Source: Paraspadella gotoi (lineage: Eukaryota > Animalia > Chaetognatha). Taken from it: DNA of 64,000 nt. How positions within the stretch are numbered: the stretch's first letter is position 1; the number at the start of each line of letters is the position of its first letter. Positions 27,880-42,535 of the stretch are shown here, one piece after another. The stretch is from contig CM119263.1 of the NCBI GenBank assembly GCA_051294375.1, forward strand, positions 15,478,532-15,542,531. Direction: 5' to 3'. The notes under the pieces were generated by a model. It did no database searches. It saw only the letters and a list, made by a program, of their open reading frames with translations, and had not been told where the DNA came from. The translations under genes were made by a program, and so were the position numbers.

Positions 27880-29814
27880 CCAAATCCTGCGCCCCGCGGG
27901 GGTTGGGCTCTAGGGGCGGCCCCAGGGCAGACTATTTTTTTTTCCGGGAGCAGGCAAAATGGTCATTGAGTGGGGCGCCCTAATTAGACCCAAAATGTTT
28001 GCCCCAGGGGGAACCCTCCCTGGGGCGGCCCCCTGGGGCCAAAAAAAGTCTGCCCTGGGGGTAACCCCTTGGGGAGCAATAAGTTGCTTCCCTTCCTGGG
28101 GCGAGTTAAGGAAGAGAGCAAAGTTAGTATAAAAAAATATACTCTGACAATGTTATTGTATCTGAGAATCTCTCCCTGTCTGTTACTCTCTCTTTCTCTC
28201 TTCTCTTTCTCTCTTCACTTTCTCTCTCTCTCTCTTCTCTTTCTATCTCTCTCTCTCTCTCTTTTTTCTCTTTTTTTATTTTTCTTTTCTTTCTTTTTTT
28301 TTCTCTCTTTCTTTCTCTCTCTCTATCTTTTTCTCTCTCTCTATCTTCAAGACTTGTTATTGGTAACTAAAAAAAAATATACATTTTAAATTTATTGATT
28401 AACTCGTTAATTCTATTTTTATCTAAATTATAATATTTGTATTTTTTGAACCTTAATTATTTTTATTTAATTAAAAGATAAAGAAACAAGTTTGAGGCAA
28501 ACATGTATGACGTAGCCACAATATTTAGTGGTAGTAAGCTTAATCAGTCATTTTTTTTTTTCATTTTTTTTCCCTTTTTTTTTTCTTTTTTTTTTTGGAT
28601 GGACATACTGATGGACTGATAGAGAGAAACATAATTTTTTTTTTAAATTATAATTTAGTGAATTATGGAGTCCCCCCAAAAAAATATTCATCAGATTTTT
28701 AATTCATGATCAACATTAAATGAGGTTTCCACATTGTGAAATAAATTTTTCTCATTTAAGATTTGTAATTAAAATTGTCAGTTTATAGATTCCCTCTGTA
28801 TTGAACTCACGTTGTTGAGGAAGGCTGATGGTTTAAGAGAGGAGTGATGCAAAAACTTATATCTAGCTCAATTCACACACCTTTTTTACCCCACACACAA
28901 GATTTTATTCCAATTCCATATATCTAATCACGAATAATTTGAGTTTAATGCTAATGTGGGACAGACTTAAAGACATGATATTAATAATTTAATAATTATT
29001 AATAAAAAACCATCCTACTCTTTATTCTACTTATTTAAAATTTCATAGATGAATTAAGATAAAATTTGTATGTTGGTAAAAAAGTTGCAAGTGAAAGTGA
29101 GTTTTTAATGGAAAAACAAAAAATCCATTACTTGAATTTTATTAAAAAAATTTTCTCACTTCTTTCTTTCTTTCTTTCTATTTTCTTCACAAATGAAATT
29201 AATAATTAGCTTAATTGTTAAGTGTGATTGTTGACCCAAATTATGAGTTGACCAAATTATCCAAGTTGTCTAAATTATGCAAGTTTACCAAATTATGCAA
29301 GTTTTACAAATTATGCAAGTTATCAAATTCTAAAAGTTGACCAAATTATATCAGTTGACCAAATTATGTCATTTGACAAAATTATGCAGTTTTACCAAAT
29401 TATGCATATTGGTGTTGGCGCAGCTATTGGTTCATTTATTGATTATTGAAGTTGAAAAATATTATTTTTATTTTTATATTTTATTTTTTAATAAAAGATG
29501 AAAAACAGAAAAGAGATAGAGAAAAGAGAGAGAGATGGCGAGAGAGAGAAAGAGAGGACAGGAGAGAGAAATAGAGAGGGAGAGAGAAGCCGTTCCAGGG
29601 GCAGGCAAATCATGGCCCCGGCGGGTGGCCTACCAGGGTAAAGGTTTTTCTAGCCCCTGGGGGATTCCCCCTGGAGTGAGCCCCTTGGGCCCAAAAAAAA
29701 GAGGCTACAGGGGGCACGCCCCTAGGTTAGTAAGGATTTGCTTTGCCCCCCGGGCCGCCCGCGGGGCCACCCCGCGGAGCCGCCCCTAGCGCGCCCCGGG
29801 TGGAGGGCGATTCT
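27880..29814. mobile_element. Degenerate non-autonomous DNA transposon with GC-rich subterminal repeats
   Basis: Inverted ends CTAGGGGCGGCCCC (~27909) / GGAGCCGCCCCTAG (~29776), repeated GCCCC(A/T)GGGG motifs at both ends, AT-rich CpG-poor interior. No TSD found. Confidence 0.5.
29230..29406. repeat. ~18-bp minisatellite (GTTGACCAAATTATGCAA), ~10 copies
   Basis: Read directly; lies inside the element above. Confidence 0.85.
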
Positions 29815-30226
29815 GTAATAGGATGACATACTTGCTTTTTCTTTGCTTTAGAATCTCCCGGCCGCAGCCGCAGCCGCCGGCCGCCTCCGCTCGCCGCCGC
29901 CTCCGCCCGCAACCACACGCCGACGACCCCGCCAAGCCGCTCCGAACTTTAGAATCCAACTGCGGCCGCTTGCCGCACCCTAACACCCGGCAAAAGCGCC
30001 ACGACCCTGCGATTCTCAGCCAACAATTTCGTAACGTCCGCCTGCCACCTCACTGCCTTCTCAGTCCACCCCACCGCCCCCGCCACATATTATCTCATAT
30101 CGTTCCTCGAATCGTGGCATTTTTCCGACTGATTTATGAGCGAAACTGACACTAAAACCAATCTGCGGAAGCCCGGCGGTTGGGGGGGACTAGGGGGGGA
30201 GAAGATTGTGGGGATAGAAAGGGCGG

Positions 30227-30239
30227 GTTTCATGGTAAC
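30227..30239. promoter_or_regulatory. RFX X-box-like site GTTTCATGGTAAC next to a GC box
   Basis: Near-palindromic X-box preceded by GGGCGG. Confidence 0.35.
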
Positions 30240-31487
30240 AACAAAGAGGACAATCTTCGTAAGTTAGTTCATTTAGGTATCAGGGCGATTATAATAGTTT
30301 AATTATTATTATCTAGTCATTTTAAAGGTTTTGAAATATCGTAGTAATACTTTGAGTAGAAGCCTCGACCAACTTCATGGGTATCGGGGAGGCTGTGAAG
30401 ATGATTAATTAATTGAATTGACTTATCATGTTTCCAAGTTTTTGTCACATAATGAAAAAAATCACGGTATCGTCTTCATAGTTAAATGTTGATGTACATT
30501 CGCGCTCAGCATCGACAACAATAACAACAACTCACCAGACGCCGCCAAACCCATCCGATGTTGTGCTTATTGTTGTCGAATGTTTACTGGGTATAAACGG
30601 GCGTCCGAGCGAAATAAGAAATAAAAACGGCGTTAATCTGAATTCCAAACTGGATATTCAGATCGGATAATGGATCCCCGGTTATTTGTTTTGATTTATC
30701 GTTGTTTATTTCCCACGAGTTTGATGCAGATATAAAGTCGTATATTTTTTATTTTTTAAGCTGTCATCCGCACAATTCAGGGGGAAAAAATAAGCGAAAG
30801 GGAGGAAAGATGAAAGGGTGCCGGCTTTCACTCTTTTCTAGAAATTGACGCTTTCTCCAACCGATATTTATCCTAAAATATATTTCAAAGATGTTTAGAC
30901 GGAAATTTGAAAATAGATACCGAGTAACAAAAAGATTTTGTCCAAACTTTTGCCAGTTTTTTTTTTTAAGGTCAAACAAGAGTTACAGACATACAAAAAA
31001 AACTACAACTACACTTTACGAGTTTTTTAAAAGCAAACCCTATAGTATAGGCTATACATAATTAGGATAACGAATGACCTCTCTCATCTGTCATTCCAAA
31101 TTTAGCATTTATTTTCAACGTCCGATTTTTTCTCTCATATTTCTCCCTCAAATTGAGACGGGGAAAACGATCTTTTTTTTTATCTCCAAAAGAGACTTGG
31201 CTCTTCTAATCAAGTTCAAAGTTTTTTTTTCTCTTCTATTTATTCTAAATCTTTTTGATCCAATTTGCTCTTTCTACCAGATCCCTCCTTTTCCCTGTTC
31301 TTTCCTTTTTCCCTTCTCCTCATTTCCTCTTCCTCGCCCCTTCTCGTCTTACCGCCTCCCGCTTATTCAATTACACATTTTTTTATTCTTTTTCGTCGTC
31401 GTCGTCGTCGTCGTCCTCCAACGCCTAACGCAATTAACGAGGATGACAAGAGTTTTTTCGGCGGCGATGGCACCGGTCGCCACCTGA

Positions 31488-31551
31488 GCCCGGAAGTGAA
31501 TTGGGACCGGAGAGAGAGAGTGGAGAGTGTGGGCGGGGGTGTGGGCGGGGA
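31488..31551 (+). promoter_or_regulatory. Promoter-like cluster: ETS site CCGGAAGTG plus two GGGCGGG boxes
   Basis: Motif co-occurrence only; no downstream gene identified. Confidence 0.3.
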
Positions 31552-34017
31552 GTTCCGAGGAGGCTGGCGAAGGAGGTCTCGCGTCTCGAGAGGAAAAAAA
31601 GCGATAGCGAAACTTTTTTTTTTTTTCTCGCTCTTTTTTTTTTTCTGCTTCGTAACTGACGAGATTTTCTCGAGGAACGTGTTTTTTCTCGCTTCGGGCC
31701 ACGCGCGCTCGGACTGGGTTCTTCGGGATGGAGTTTCTTCGGGCTTCCCAGTCTTTGCCCACGTCTTCGTGACTTCCAGTTACTTCTAGTTACATTTGGT
31801 TCGTTTTTACTACGTGTTTATTTTAATTATTACCAGTAGCTTACTTACTTTTAGTTTCTTTCGGTTACTTCTAAAGTGACTTTTTTTTTCTTTCAGTTAA
31901 TATTTATTTATAGTTATAAACTTATAAACTTATAGACCTTTCAGTGATTTCCGCTCTTTTTCTCTTTATTGCGACTTTTCTATCCCATTACATTTCCACT
32001 TTTACACTTTCTTCTTTTTTTAATACTACTTAACTTAGCTAGACAATTAGATTGTGGAGTGGGGAGTTGAGAGTGGAGGCATCGCGTAAATTTGTATTTG
32101 GCCCGAGAGGAGGAGTTGGAGAATTGTGAGGCTGTTTGCCGGGTGAGGAGTTATGAGGGGTAAGGTTGTTTTGCGGGGCGAAGCTGAGGAGGAGAGGATT
32201 CGAATTTGGATTCTGCTCGTTGCGGTTCAAGGTCGCGAAAGGCGGCACTCGGTCGCCGAGATAAAAAAAAAATAGAATAACAACTCCGTCTCTCTCATAT
32301 TCGCCGTCGAGAAATAAATAAACAAAACTGAGTAAACAAACAACTCGGCGTTTATTTTCTCGGAAAATAGAAAGAAACTCGTAAAGGTAATGAGGGAAAG
32401 GTTGCTCCCACAATCCCTCCCCCCTTCACCAAGCTGGTTTTTCCCCGAAGGCCCAGAAAAAAAAAGAAAGTGGAAAAAAAAAAAAAAAAAATCCGGTCAA
32501 AGTTTGGCTCGGCATATCTCGAGTCTCCGAGCCGCCGTTTCTTGTTTCCCTTTTTTTTGTTGCGGCAAGTAGGGAGGAAGGGCGAGAGTGTTAGGGAACG
32601 TTGCCGTAACGGAAAAGTCGAGAGGCGCTCGTTAAGTGGGACGAAGATATTTGGGTTCGGACGCCGCGAAAAGCCTCACCTGCGGAGGGTGAAGCCAATG
32701 ATTTAAGACAACGAAACCGAAAGCGTCAGCGGAAAAAAAGGAGAAAAAAAATTGTGAAAAGGAGGGAGAAAAAAGGAGAGAGGAAAGAGGAGAGAGGAAA
32801 GAGGAGAGAGGAAAAAGGAGAGAGGAAAAAGGAAAGATAGAAAGATGGGTGGGGAATAAAAGAGGGGCAGAGGGAAAGGGAGTGAGAGTGAGAGACACGA
32901 AGATTGATAAATCACAAGCCAAAATACTACATAGAGATACGAGGGAAAAAACCCCCAAAATATGAGAAAAATTAACTCTATATATTAATGTATAATACAC
33001 GTTTCTTTCACAGTCCCTCTCGTTTTAGCTATGACAATATATAACACATACTCGATATACGGAGGCTCATCTTTCATTGATAAGCTTCGCAAAGACGATT
33101 TCCTTTCGCAATCCACACATTGGTGCTTATAGACTAAAGAAAAAAAATCCTGAGCGAGTTTCGACACAAATCGCGAAAGATATTCGCTGTTTCTCGGATT
33201 TTTTCTTTGAAAATCTTTCTCCGTTTCTCCGACACTAAAAAAAAAAAAGCTCCATCCTTTTTTTTTCGTTCACACATCGCGAAGAAGAAAAAAAAAACCC
33301 AGCAGCACATCTTGTACGATGTTCTTCATCCTTCATTCTTCCGTTTTATTCCTTCTTTCCTTTCCTCCCCAAATCCGTTCGTCCGACGATCCATCCTTCA
33401 AACCAACTGTCATCTTTATGTCCGTCTTTCTCTCCGTTCCGCCTCCTTTTATCATTTCTTTCCCACCTCGATCTCTTTCTCTCCATCCTTTTATTTATTT
33501 TCTAACCTTAGCAGTCTTACCGTAATGACGGCGAGCAACTGTCGTCGTCATATAATCTGCATCAGTTGAATCATTTTTTCGACCCATTGTCGAGCTTTTC
33601 TTTTGTTCTTTAACCAAAAATCTTCACGCGAAATCCTTATACATCAAATTGATTCGAGGGGATCTCGCCTTTTTTTTTGCCGAAATCCTTGAACGGCGCT
33701 TCCTTTCCTCGCAATTTCTTCTTCTCCAGTTCCCCGCCATTTTTTTCTCTTTCGGGAATGAAAATCCTCTGGCAAGGATGTTCGCAAGGACGGTTCTTCG
33801 GCCTTCGCGTTGGTTTTTGGGTGATTTGGCTCGAATTTACATTTCGGTGCAGTTGCAAATATTTCTCAACTTTTTTTTTGTTCTGACTGGTTTAGAACTT
33901 ATTAAAGTGAGAGAAAATGTAATGCGAGAGGAATTTATGAGGCTTTAGACGTTAAACAGGGCCCTGATGGAACTGGGTCAAATGTCAGAGAAAAAGAGAG
34001 GTCTCTCTCCCTTTCTC

Positions 34018-34182
<165 letters not shown>

Positions 34183-34407
34183 CTGTCACTTTCTCTATAT
34201 CTCGAAAGAAAAAACCTCAGGGGTCTCACCCTCCATTAAATTTGAAAGTCCCTCTTACCTCCCATGTGATTTGTAAGGTGAAGACTGAAGTTGAATTTTG
34301 GTTTCCTAACCGGTTTCCACCTAACTTGGCCTTTTCCCTTTCTTTTCTTATCTTTTACTTGTCTTTTTCTCCCTATAGCTTTCTCTATTTCCTCTGCCTC
34401 TTTCGCC

Positions 34408-34499
<92 letters not shown>

Positions 34500-36383
34500 T
34501 TTTGTTTTCCCTTTTCTTCCTCTCTTCTTTTTCTTTCCTCCTTCCCACGCCCTCTCTCGCGAAAAAGTTTCCAGACAAATGGAGATAAACTGTCGATGTC
34601 CCGATTGATGGGGAAAAGAAGGGGAAAATTATCGATATTCGATACTGGCGGAGTGAGAAAGGAGGAGGAAGAGGAGGAGAAACAGGAGGAAGAGGAGGAA
34701 TATTGAGAAAGGAGGTAGAGAGGAAAGGAGAAGAAATGAGGAGGAGGAAGAGGAGGAGGAATGAGAATGAAGTCAGTAGAATTCGAGGTGAATCAAAAGA
34801 GAGAAAAAAAAAGGAATAAAGAAAAAGCGTTTCCTATTAGGCAATTACATTTTTAATGGACTCTTCGAAAGTTTAATTCAAAAGATATTTTGTCGAAAAC
34901 GTGACATACATAAAAGTACTAAGTAAGTTGTAAATAAAAAGCGTTTGAGTGTGTCAAATATTAACTGATGATTATAAAAGCACGGCTCTTGACTATGTAA
35001 ACCACTCAATAATTTATGAACTAAAATTTTAACTTATTCAACGTCGAACTCATAATAGAATCGTAAATTGAAGGAAATCACAGGGACGAAAAACCAAGCT
35101 TTTTTTTTCACATTCTCGTTAATCACTCTTTGGCAGCGACGGGCCAAGCGACGAAGTACCATTTACATCTCGGCTAATTGCTCGGATCCACTGAGACTTT
35201 GGTTGACCCTCTCCAGTTTCGAACCCGACTAGGTAAGGCACGGAATGGGGTCAGGCAACGCGCGAGGCGTCGGAGGTAAAAACTTACTTCATCATCTTTC
35301 CCTCGCTCCGCTTCGGTTGAACCCAAAGGATGAAAACAGCCCGAGAATTTTGATAACTTTCTTTCCCTTCTCTTCCAAGTTTCTCTCTTCTTTTTTTTTC
35401 TTTTTAAATTATTTTTCAAACTTTTTTTTTTTCAGCTCCCTTTTTAATATTTTAAATTTTTTTTCTCTCTCTCGACTTCGTTTCGAGGTTATCCTCTTCG
35501 GCGCTTCTCGCTCCAGCTGTCAAAACTTTGTAAAAGATGGAACGAGTTTACAGAAGAGAAAGAAAAAAAATTATATTCGAATTATATAAAAAAAAAAATA
35601 GCGGAAGTTTGAGATTGATACAAGCGTTTCACTACAAATAGAAAATTTTTAAAAAAATTACCTACGAATAAAAAAATCAACTTAAAATAAATGGGAAACT
35701 AAAATGTTTCTCTGGATTTTAGTTATCGGATCGGACGGTGTTCGTATGCGTAGAGCCGTTTCCAACCACAACGACAATGTAATATTCTTAACCTCGTAAC
35801 TATTTACATCCGTTGCGCCTCCTCTCGCGCGAATCAAGGCGGAAATCCATAGTAGGGGTGAATGATTAGTCGGTGGCTAAATATAGCGACTTGGAAATGG
35901 CTCTTCGCTTTCTCCGGAAAAAAAAAGGAGACTTGTAAAGGGAACTCAGCCTCGCTCCCTCATTTACATGCATAATGCAAAACCGAAAAGAGGGAGTTGG
36001 TTTGAGAAAGAGAGGGAGAGCGAGGAGGCCAGAGAGAATGAGCGAGAGAGACTCTGACTCGCTGCCCCAATCGCCCACGGCTCGGAAGTTCCCCCCCTTT
36101 CTTTCGCGAGATGATGGGCCTCGCGCGAAATTCTTCGACTTCTCTATGGGCGGAGAAAAAAAAAGATCGAGGAAAATATTTACAAATAAAGAAAAATGGA
36201 ATGTGTAAAGGGTCGTTTAAGGATCGCCGTGGGGCTTACGAACGCCTTGGATCTTGGATGGATGAAGGAGATTGAGAGCTGGACAAGTTTGGGGGGTGGG
36301 AAGAAAATATGAAATCGATAGAACTTCGGAGGATTTGTATCAAAGTGAAGCTTTTTTGACTGATTCGTGGTTGCGATATCCGA

Positions 36384-36491
<108 letters not shown>

Positions 36492-39210
36492 CTCTCCATT
36501 AATCATTCCCTTCCTTTTTATGCTAAACTTAAGAGATATTTTGAAAAGGAATATAAAGTATAGCCACTAGCCAGGGAGAAGAATATAGAAGTTAATCGAA
36601 TATCAAAAATATTTTAAAATAAAAAAAAAGAAACCTTTGCTTACAAAACAACGATAAACTCGGGTATTGCCTAGCGAGAATACATCACTTCGCCCAATTT
36701 TCTTCTCTGTGCGACGATTCGGAAGAAAAGTCGTAAAAAAAAGATGAAACAAAGAAGAAAGAAGATTGAAGGCGAAAGGAAAAGACGAAAACATAACGCG
36801 CCACGATATGAAGCCATTTCATAGTCGATGCGAAAAAAAAAAATAGCGGGAAAATGATGTACGTAATCTGTACCATCAAAGAAAGACAAGCGCTGACAAG
36901 GCGCGTACAGGAAACGGACATAATTTTTTAAGCGTGCTGATTTATCGCTCAATGCGTCACGAAAATTTTAACTCATGTGATAGTGATTAACGGTTTTTTT
37001 AAAATAATTTTTGAACTTATTAAACTCTTCATGCGGATCCGAGGCTAAAAAAAACCCAATAAAAGCCCATGAAAAATGTCGAAATATGAGCAAAAGACCT
37101 CAGACTCAACCATAAAATGCTGCAGATATGCGAGAGACGGGACGCGGGGACCCGAGGCACCGTACCATCCAAACGGCCGAGTTAACGAGGGAATATTTTC
37201 TCAAGAAACGCCGGCCGTCTCATCTTTGGGAAGAGAAATCTCGGCGTGCGGTCCGGAAAAAAAAAAAAAAAAAAATTCCGCGGAATCGCCGGGAAGACGG
37301 TTCCGACTTCCGACCGAGTTGCCGGAAGAAAGTTTTTTTTCCTTCCGCTTTTTTCGCATTCAACCTGATTGGACGGAATGATGGGCGGAATAGACTTTTT
37401 TCTTCTTTCCCCAGGAAAGACTTCTTCTTCTCCGATTATTATGCTCCGCCGTTCGGAGTGAGATAAAGGAAAAAGGAAGAAGGGAGAAAAATAAGGAGAA
37501 CCCGAGACGGAGTTCTGAGAGTGAGCCAGAAGAGGCATAAGGACCTCGATTGTTGTAAATAAGCAAAGACAACCAAAAAACAAAAGGAAAATAACAAATT
37601 TAGATATGTTTTTAAATAAAAACGTTGCGATTTTTAAAAAAAAAAATTTCGTGATCATCGTCTAACATTTGACGTAAACAATTTTTGGAGATTGACAATT
37701 AATTTTAATTCTTGGAAACATATAAATTTATATTATTGGCATGAAAAGACCAAATCATTATTATTATTATTAACTACTAAATCTCCCGCCAAAATCATAA
37801 CTCTGAAACAATTAATTAAAATTGCTCTCCTTTTCCTTTCTGTTCGGAACAAATGAGCAATGCACTTTTAGTAAATTATACGAACGTTCGAGACCAGAGG
37901 TGGAACGCGTTTGGCGATTTCGTCATCCTCGTCACGCCTGGGACTCGAAGAAAAGAAATGGAGGGACTGGGCGATAGCTGGAATGGGGGAAGGGCCCGGA
38001 GGGCGGATGGGGTTTGGGTCGAAGGTAAGGGAGGTAAGGGAAAGTTGGGAAAGCACCGGAGGTAATATTTTAGGGTAAGGTACAAACACGATAAAGGTGG
38101 TACCGGGGGTACCCCGAGAAAACTAATGGAATAATCAAAATGGAGAATTGAGCTAGGAATTAGTTAAGAGATGGAGGATCATAAAGAGGAAACGAAAAAT
38201 GGGGATTAAACCTTAGGAGTAGAATGAAGGGAGCGTATGATAGAACCTATGTCTCTTGTTTTGTTCCCGCGTGACTGATTGTTCCCGTCTTCTCGTCCGA
38301 ATGAAAATGAGAATTTGATGGAATATTTTTTTTCGTTGTCTGCTTCGGTCTGTTAACCGTTTTTATCTATATTATTCTTTCTTTGTCTCTCTCCTCTTTC
38401 TTTTTTTAAAATTTGGTTCGATGAGTTTCTTTTCATCCCAAATTTTATAAAGCAACAGTCTACTCATAACCCTTCTCTCAACTGGAAGCTATGTATACAA
38501 TTTTTTCACCTAATAATGATTGTCAACTATTAACTGTAGATTTGGTAATAATTGAAATTTAGTAGGATGAAGAGACAGAAACTGCACTTAGAAATTTATT
38601 ATCGTTCACATTGGCCAATAAAAAAATTATTAAATCGCAAGTATTAAGTCAACACTTTTAAAAGAGAGATTATCACAATGCAACATCGATTAAGTTATAC
38701 CAACGAAGAGAGAACAAAATATACATTCTTCGATTGATGTGTCAAGAGATTTTTGGAGACCTAATCGTAACCTCCATTCACTATGTTGGAAAAACGAAAT
38801 ATTATTTATGACATGACATTATAAATATAATAAATAGTTATAGAGTTTAGCAAAGAAGGCAATTAATTAATCACCAAACAAAAAACTTTGAGATTATGAG
38901 ATCAATATTCTGTGTTAGGGATTATGCTGTACTTGAGCCAACAGAACTATCATTATTGGTTACATTTTTCTTCATTATGCTCTTTTCTCTTTATTATATT
39001 TATAGTTAAATATTTTTTCATTTAGAGTGATATGATCAGTTAGGAAAAGACAAGCAGTTGATTTAAGGTGTATTCTTTGCCTTTAAACTTACGAGTTTCA
39101 AAAAAGTGGCGCATTGTATTTTCGCGGGAAATATCAGGAGCCTCTTCAGATCAAAAAGTTTTAGGATTCTCCGTTTTTCTATTAAAGGGAGATGGGTCAG
39201 ATGTCAGATG

Positions 39211-39847
39211 TCAGATGTCAGATCTGAAGGTTTCAGATATGTGCGCAACGGACGGTAAACTGAACGCGGCATTGTATTTTACGAAAAATACTTCCGCCAC
39301 AAATGAGCAATCTTTGTTCTGACTAGATAACTATTGACTTTATTTCTGACACTTATCATTTTAATTCATTTTATTAATTTTAATTCAATTATTCCTAAAG
39401 GAACTATATAACAGCAGGCCTTCAGATGGGCAAAAACGATCTTTAAAATTTTACTCGTTACCTCAGGGCAAGAACAATTTCTCAATTCTTCATTGTCGCA
39501 GGCACAATCCGGTACATCCGTTGTACGTCCTTTAGGCAATTTATCGATTGGAGGACAGCCGCTGTTTTTTGGATCCATCAAACAGCTCGCATAGGCGTCA
39601 CAAGCTGCAAGGCACTTTTCTAAAATAGATATTCGATTAGCAGTCAACTACAGTACTTTACAAAACCATTAATATTGCCCGAAATCTAGTAGTATGATCA
39701 CTGTTCAGTGACCACACGTTCCTGATAGGTTTTTACGAAATTTGGTACATTGTATAGTTTATTACCGTCAGTTCCATTGTCATCGGATCCATTGGCACTG
39801 TGCAGCAAGAGAAGCACGGCCAGAGTCAGTAATAAGTACGACCTCAT
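39211..39847 (-). CDS. Small Cys-rich secreted protein (~115 aa). Exons 39766-39847, 39462-39619, 39211-39318 (last exon tentative)
   Basis: Signal peptide MRSYLLLTLAVLLLLHSANG, then a phase-1 join to EKCLAACDAYASCLMDPKNSGCPPIDKLPKGRTTDVPDCACDNEELRNCSCPE. An upstream UTR exon has donor AAG|gtaagt at ~40246. Confidence 0.65.
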
Positions 39848-40289
39848 AGTCGTCGTCACGTCGATGTTATTCTTGAACCCTGAAATATTAAGGAGAGATG
39901 ACGTTTCAAATATGACTAATTTTTATATGAAACATAAAAAAATATTCAAAAAAGATATAATTAAAAAGTAGGATAAATAAAAAAATATAATTTTTATTAT
40001 ATATTCTTGTGTTGTATAGATGCTCCTTCTATTCCCAGAAGACAACACTGATCTCCCCCTCCCAAAAATGAATTATTGGATATAATGGTAAGTAATTTTT
40101 ATTTAAAAAGCAATATATATATAATTAATAATAAATATATTGAATAGTAAAGTCTTTATAAAATATAAAAATCGAAAATAGTGAAACAAGCAATTTGAAA
40201 ATTTTCATAATAATTTTTTTTCATAAACAAAAGTGTCGTAACTTACCTTTTTCGCAACAAAATTTTGAGTTGGCGATCACAGACAAGTT

Positions 40290-40445
40290 GCAACTAATTT
40301 CGCTGCAAGCTTTGGATTTTATATACTAATAAAATCTCGTCGATCATGACTTCTGGGAGCGGTCTAACCAAAGGGGCGGAGAAACAGGCGTCAGAAAATC
40401 GATGGAAGGAGGATCTTCAACTGGGTGCGACATCAGTGGGCGGGT
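40290..40445 (-). promoter_or_regulatory. Probable core promoter of the Cys-rich protein gene
   Basis: Minus-strand TATATAAAA (~40317-40325) lies about 25-30 nt upstream of Inr-like TTAGTT and a UTR exon. GC boxes at ~40373 and ~40438. Confidence 0.45.
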
Positions 40446-41820
40446 AAACTGGGAGTTTTAACCGTAAATTTAAACGACCGCTTTACTCTTGCCCGAAATT
40501 GATCAGGAATATAAATACATTTATTTCGAAAACTAGGATAATTTTGGCCGTATGTATCTCTCTCTCTCTTTCTCTCGCTCTCGCTGTCTCTCTCTCACTC
40601 TCAGGGCGGTGTCATAATACATACAATACACATGTGCAATAAATCCGGGGATTCCGGAGGCTGATTTAAATCTTCCGGTCATTTTTATATATTTATTATT
40701 CGATTTCGAGCGCGAGCAAATTTATAGTCGAGATCGTCTGCTGGAGATTTACGCGCGACAAGGAAGAGAATTCAGACTCGTAAATAAACGAGGGTTTTTC
40801 TCATTCGCGCTCCAAACTCTAGATTCGGGCGGGTCGTTTATTCGGGACGTTTTTGATTATCGTTATAAAAAATTAGCTTCTAGGATTTTGCGATGTAACG
40901 AATAATTAAGTAACATTGCCATTGGGCACCGGTAAGTGACGGTAAGAGCCTCACCTTCCCAAGAAAAAAAAATTCAAATATTTTTTAAAAAAAATTACAA
41001 AAAGAGATTCACTTTGAATTTGAGATAAATTATGCCGACCTGATTCCGACTTCGTCTTATCTTGAGCACCGCTTAATTCTGTCTCGTTTTTTCCCCTTCC
41101 TTGTCATTAAGATTTTTTACTTTTTTAGCGATTAGTTCATGTTTTAAAAAGTGAAATAATTAAATTTAGAAAAACCGTCTCAGTTGATCGACTCGCTCAG
41201 CCCTTGCGATGAGATATGTAGAAGAACGAAAATCGCGATAGAATGTCTTAAGATTTATAATCGCCCAAACCACGCTACACACAACAATACGAAAATATAA
41301 AAAAAGTATCGTTAAAAAAAAGTCCTTTCGTGATTACCCCTGTCTGAACGTATCGGTCCAAAGCAGAATTTCCAATACTAAAATTTCACCCCAACTCGAA
41401 AAAACCCTGATCAGTGATCACGTGCTCTGGCGAAAATGGCGTCCTCAAATGAAAACAAACTGGGGTCGGCGGACGAAAGTAATTGAGCGATTACGGGGAA
41501 TTGCGGCGGGTCGAGGCACCTGCGGCACCCGCCGGGCGTCCGCGTCGAACGCCGAGTCGCACCTGCGGGGCCCCTCGTGGCGCCCCTAACGACGAGAGAA
41601 GGAAATTAAAGGCGGCGGAGAAAAGATCTACGGCGATGAAATGGGCAGATCGGAAACGAAAACGCCAGGGGGTGACGACCGCGAAAAACCAACAAAAGAC
41701 GTCGGGGAATTTTTAATCTTAAAGTTTCGAGATTTCGCTTGTTTAAGTAGGAGATTATGCCTTCAGATTAAAGATGGGCGAATTGTTTTTAAAGCTTGAC
41801 ACGGAAAATATTACGCGCGC

Positions 41821-41927
<107 letters not shown>

Positions 41928-42438
41928 TCTTTTTCGGCAGCGAAGAACTCCCTAAGGAACCATAATAGTGACACAGCTAATATGACGGATTGAAGGACTC
42001 ATAAACGGAGAAAAGTTTTTCCCTCTTTTTGTTCCTCCTTTCTTAATCTCCGTTGTTCCTCTTTGAATAATCAAGACAGGTAATGTTCAAAGCTCAATGT
42101 TAAGTATCAGAGAAAGAAGCTTCTTTTAGACAATAATATTGTATTGTATTATTCATGATATCGAGTGTAAATGGTTTTAGAAAACTGTGCCTCGAGAGTG
42201 AGACAAAACGAGAACCGAGAGAAAAAAAAAAGAAGAATTAAAACTTTTTCTTCTTCCTCGCTCCCCTCTTCCTTGTTTTGCCCCTATTTCAAATCTCGGG
42301 GGACTGATATGAATTCAACTTTTCTTAATGACGACTCGCTGAATTCCGCATGGAAATTCCTACTTATATCTGGGTTGAGTCTTCGAATTCTTTCGTAGGC
42401 CTTTCTCTAGGTGGAGGGAGACGAAACAGGAACTTTTG

Positions 42439-42439
42439 A

Positions 42440-42535
<96 letters not shown>
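42439..42535. repeat. (AAT)n microsatellite
   Basis: Read directly. Confidence 0.95.
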
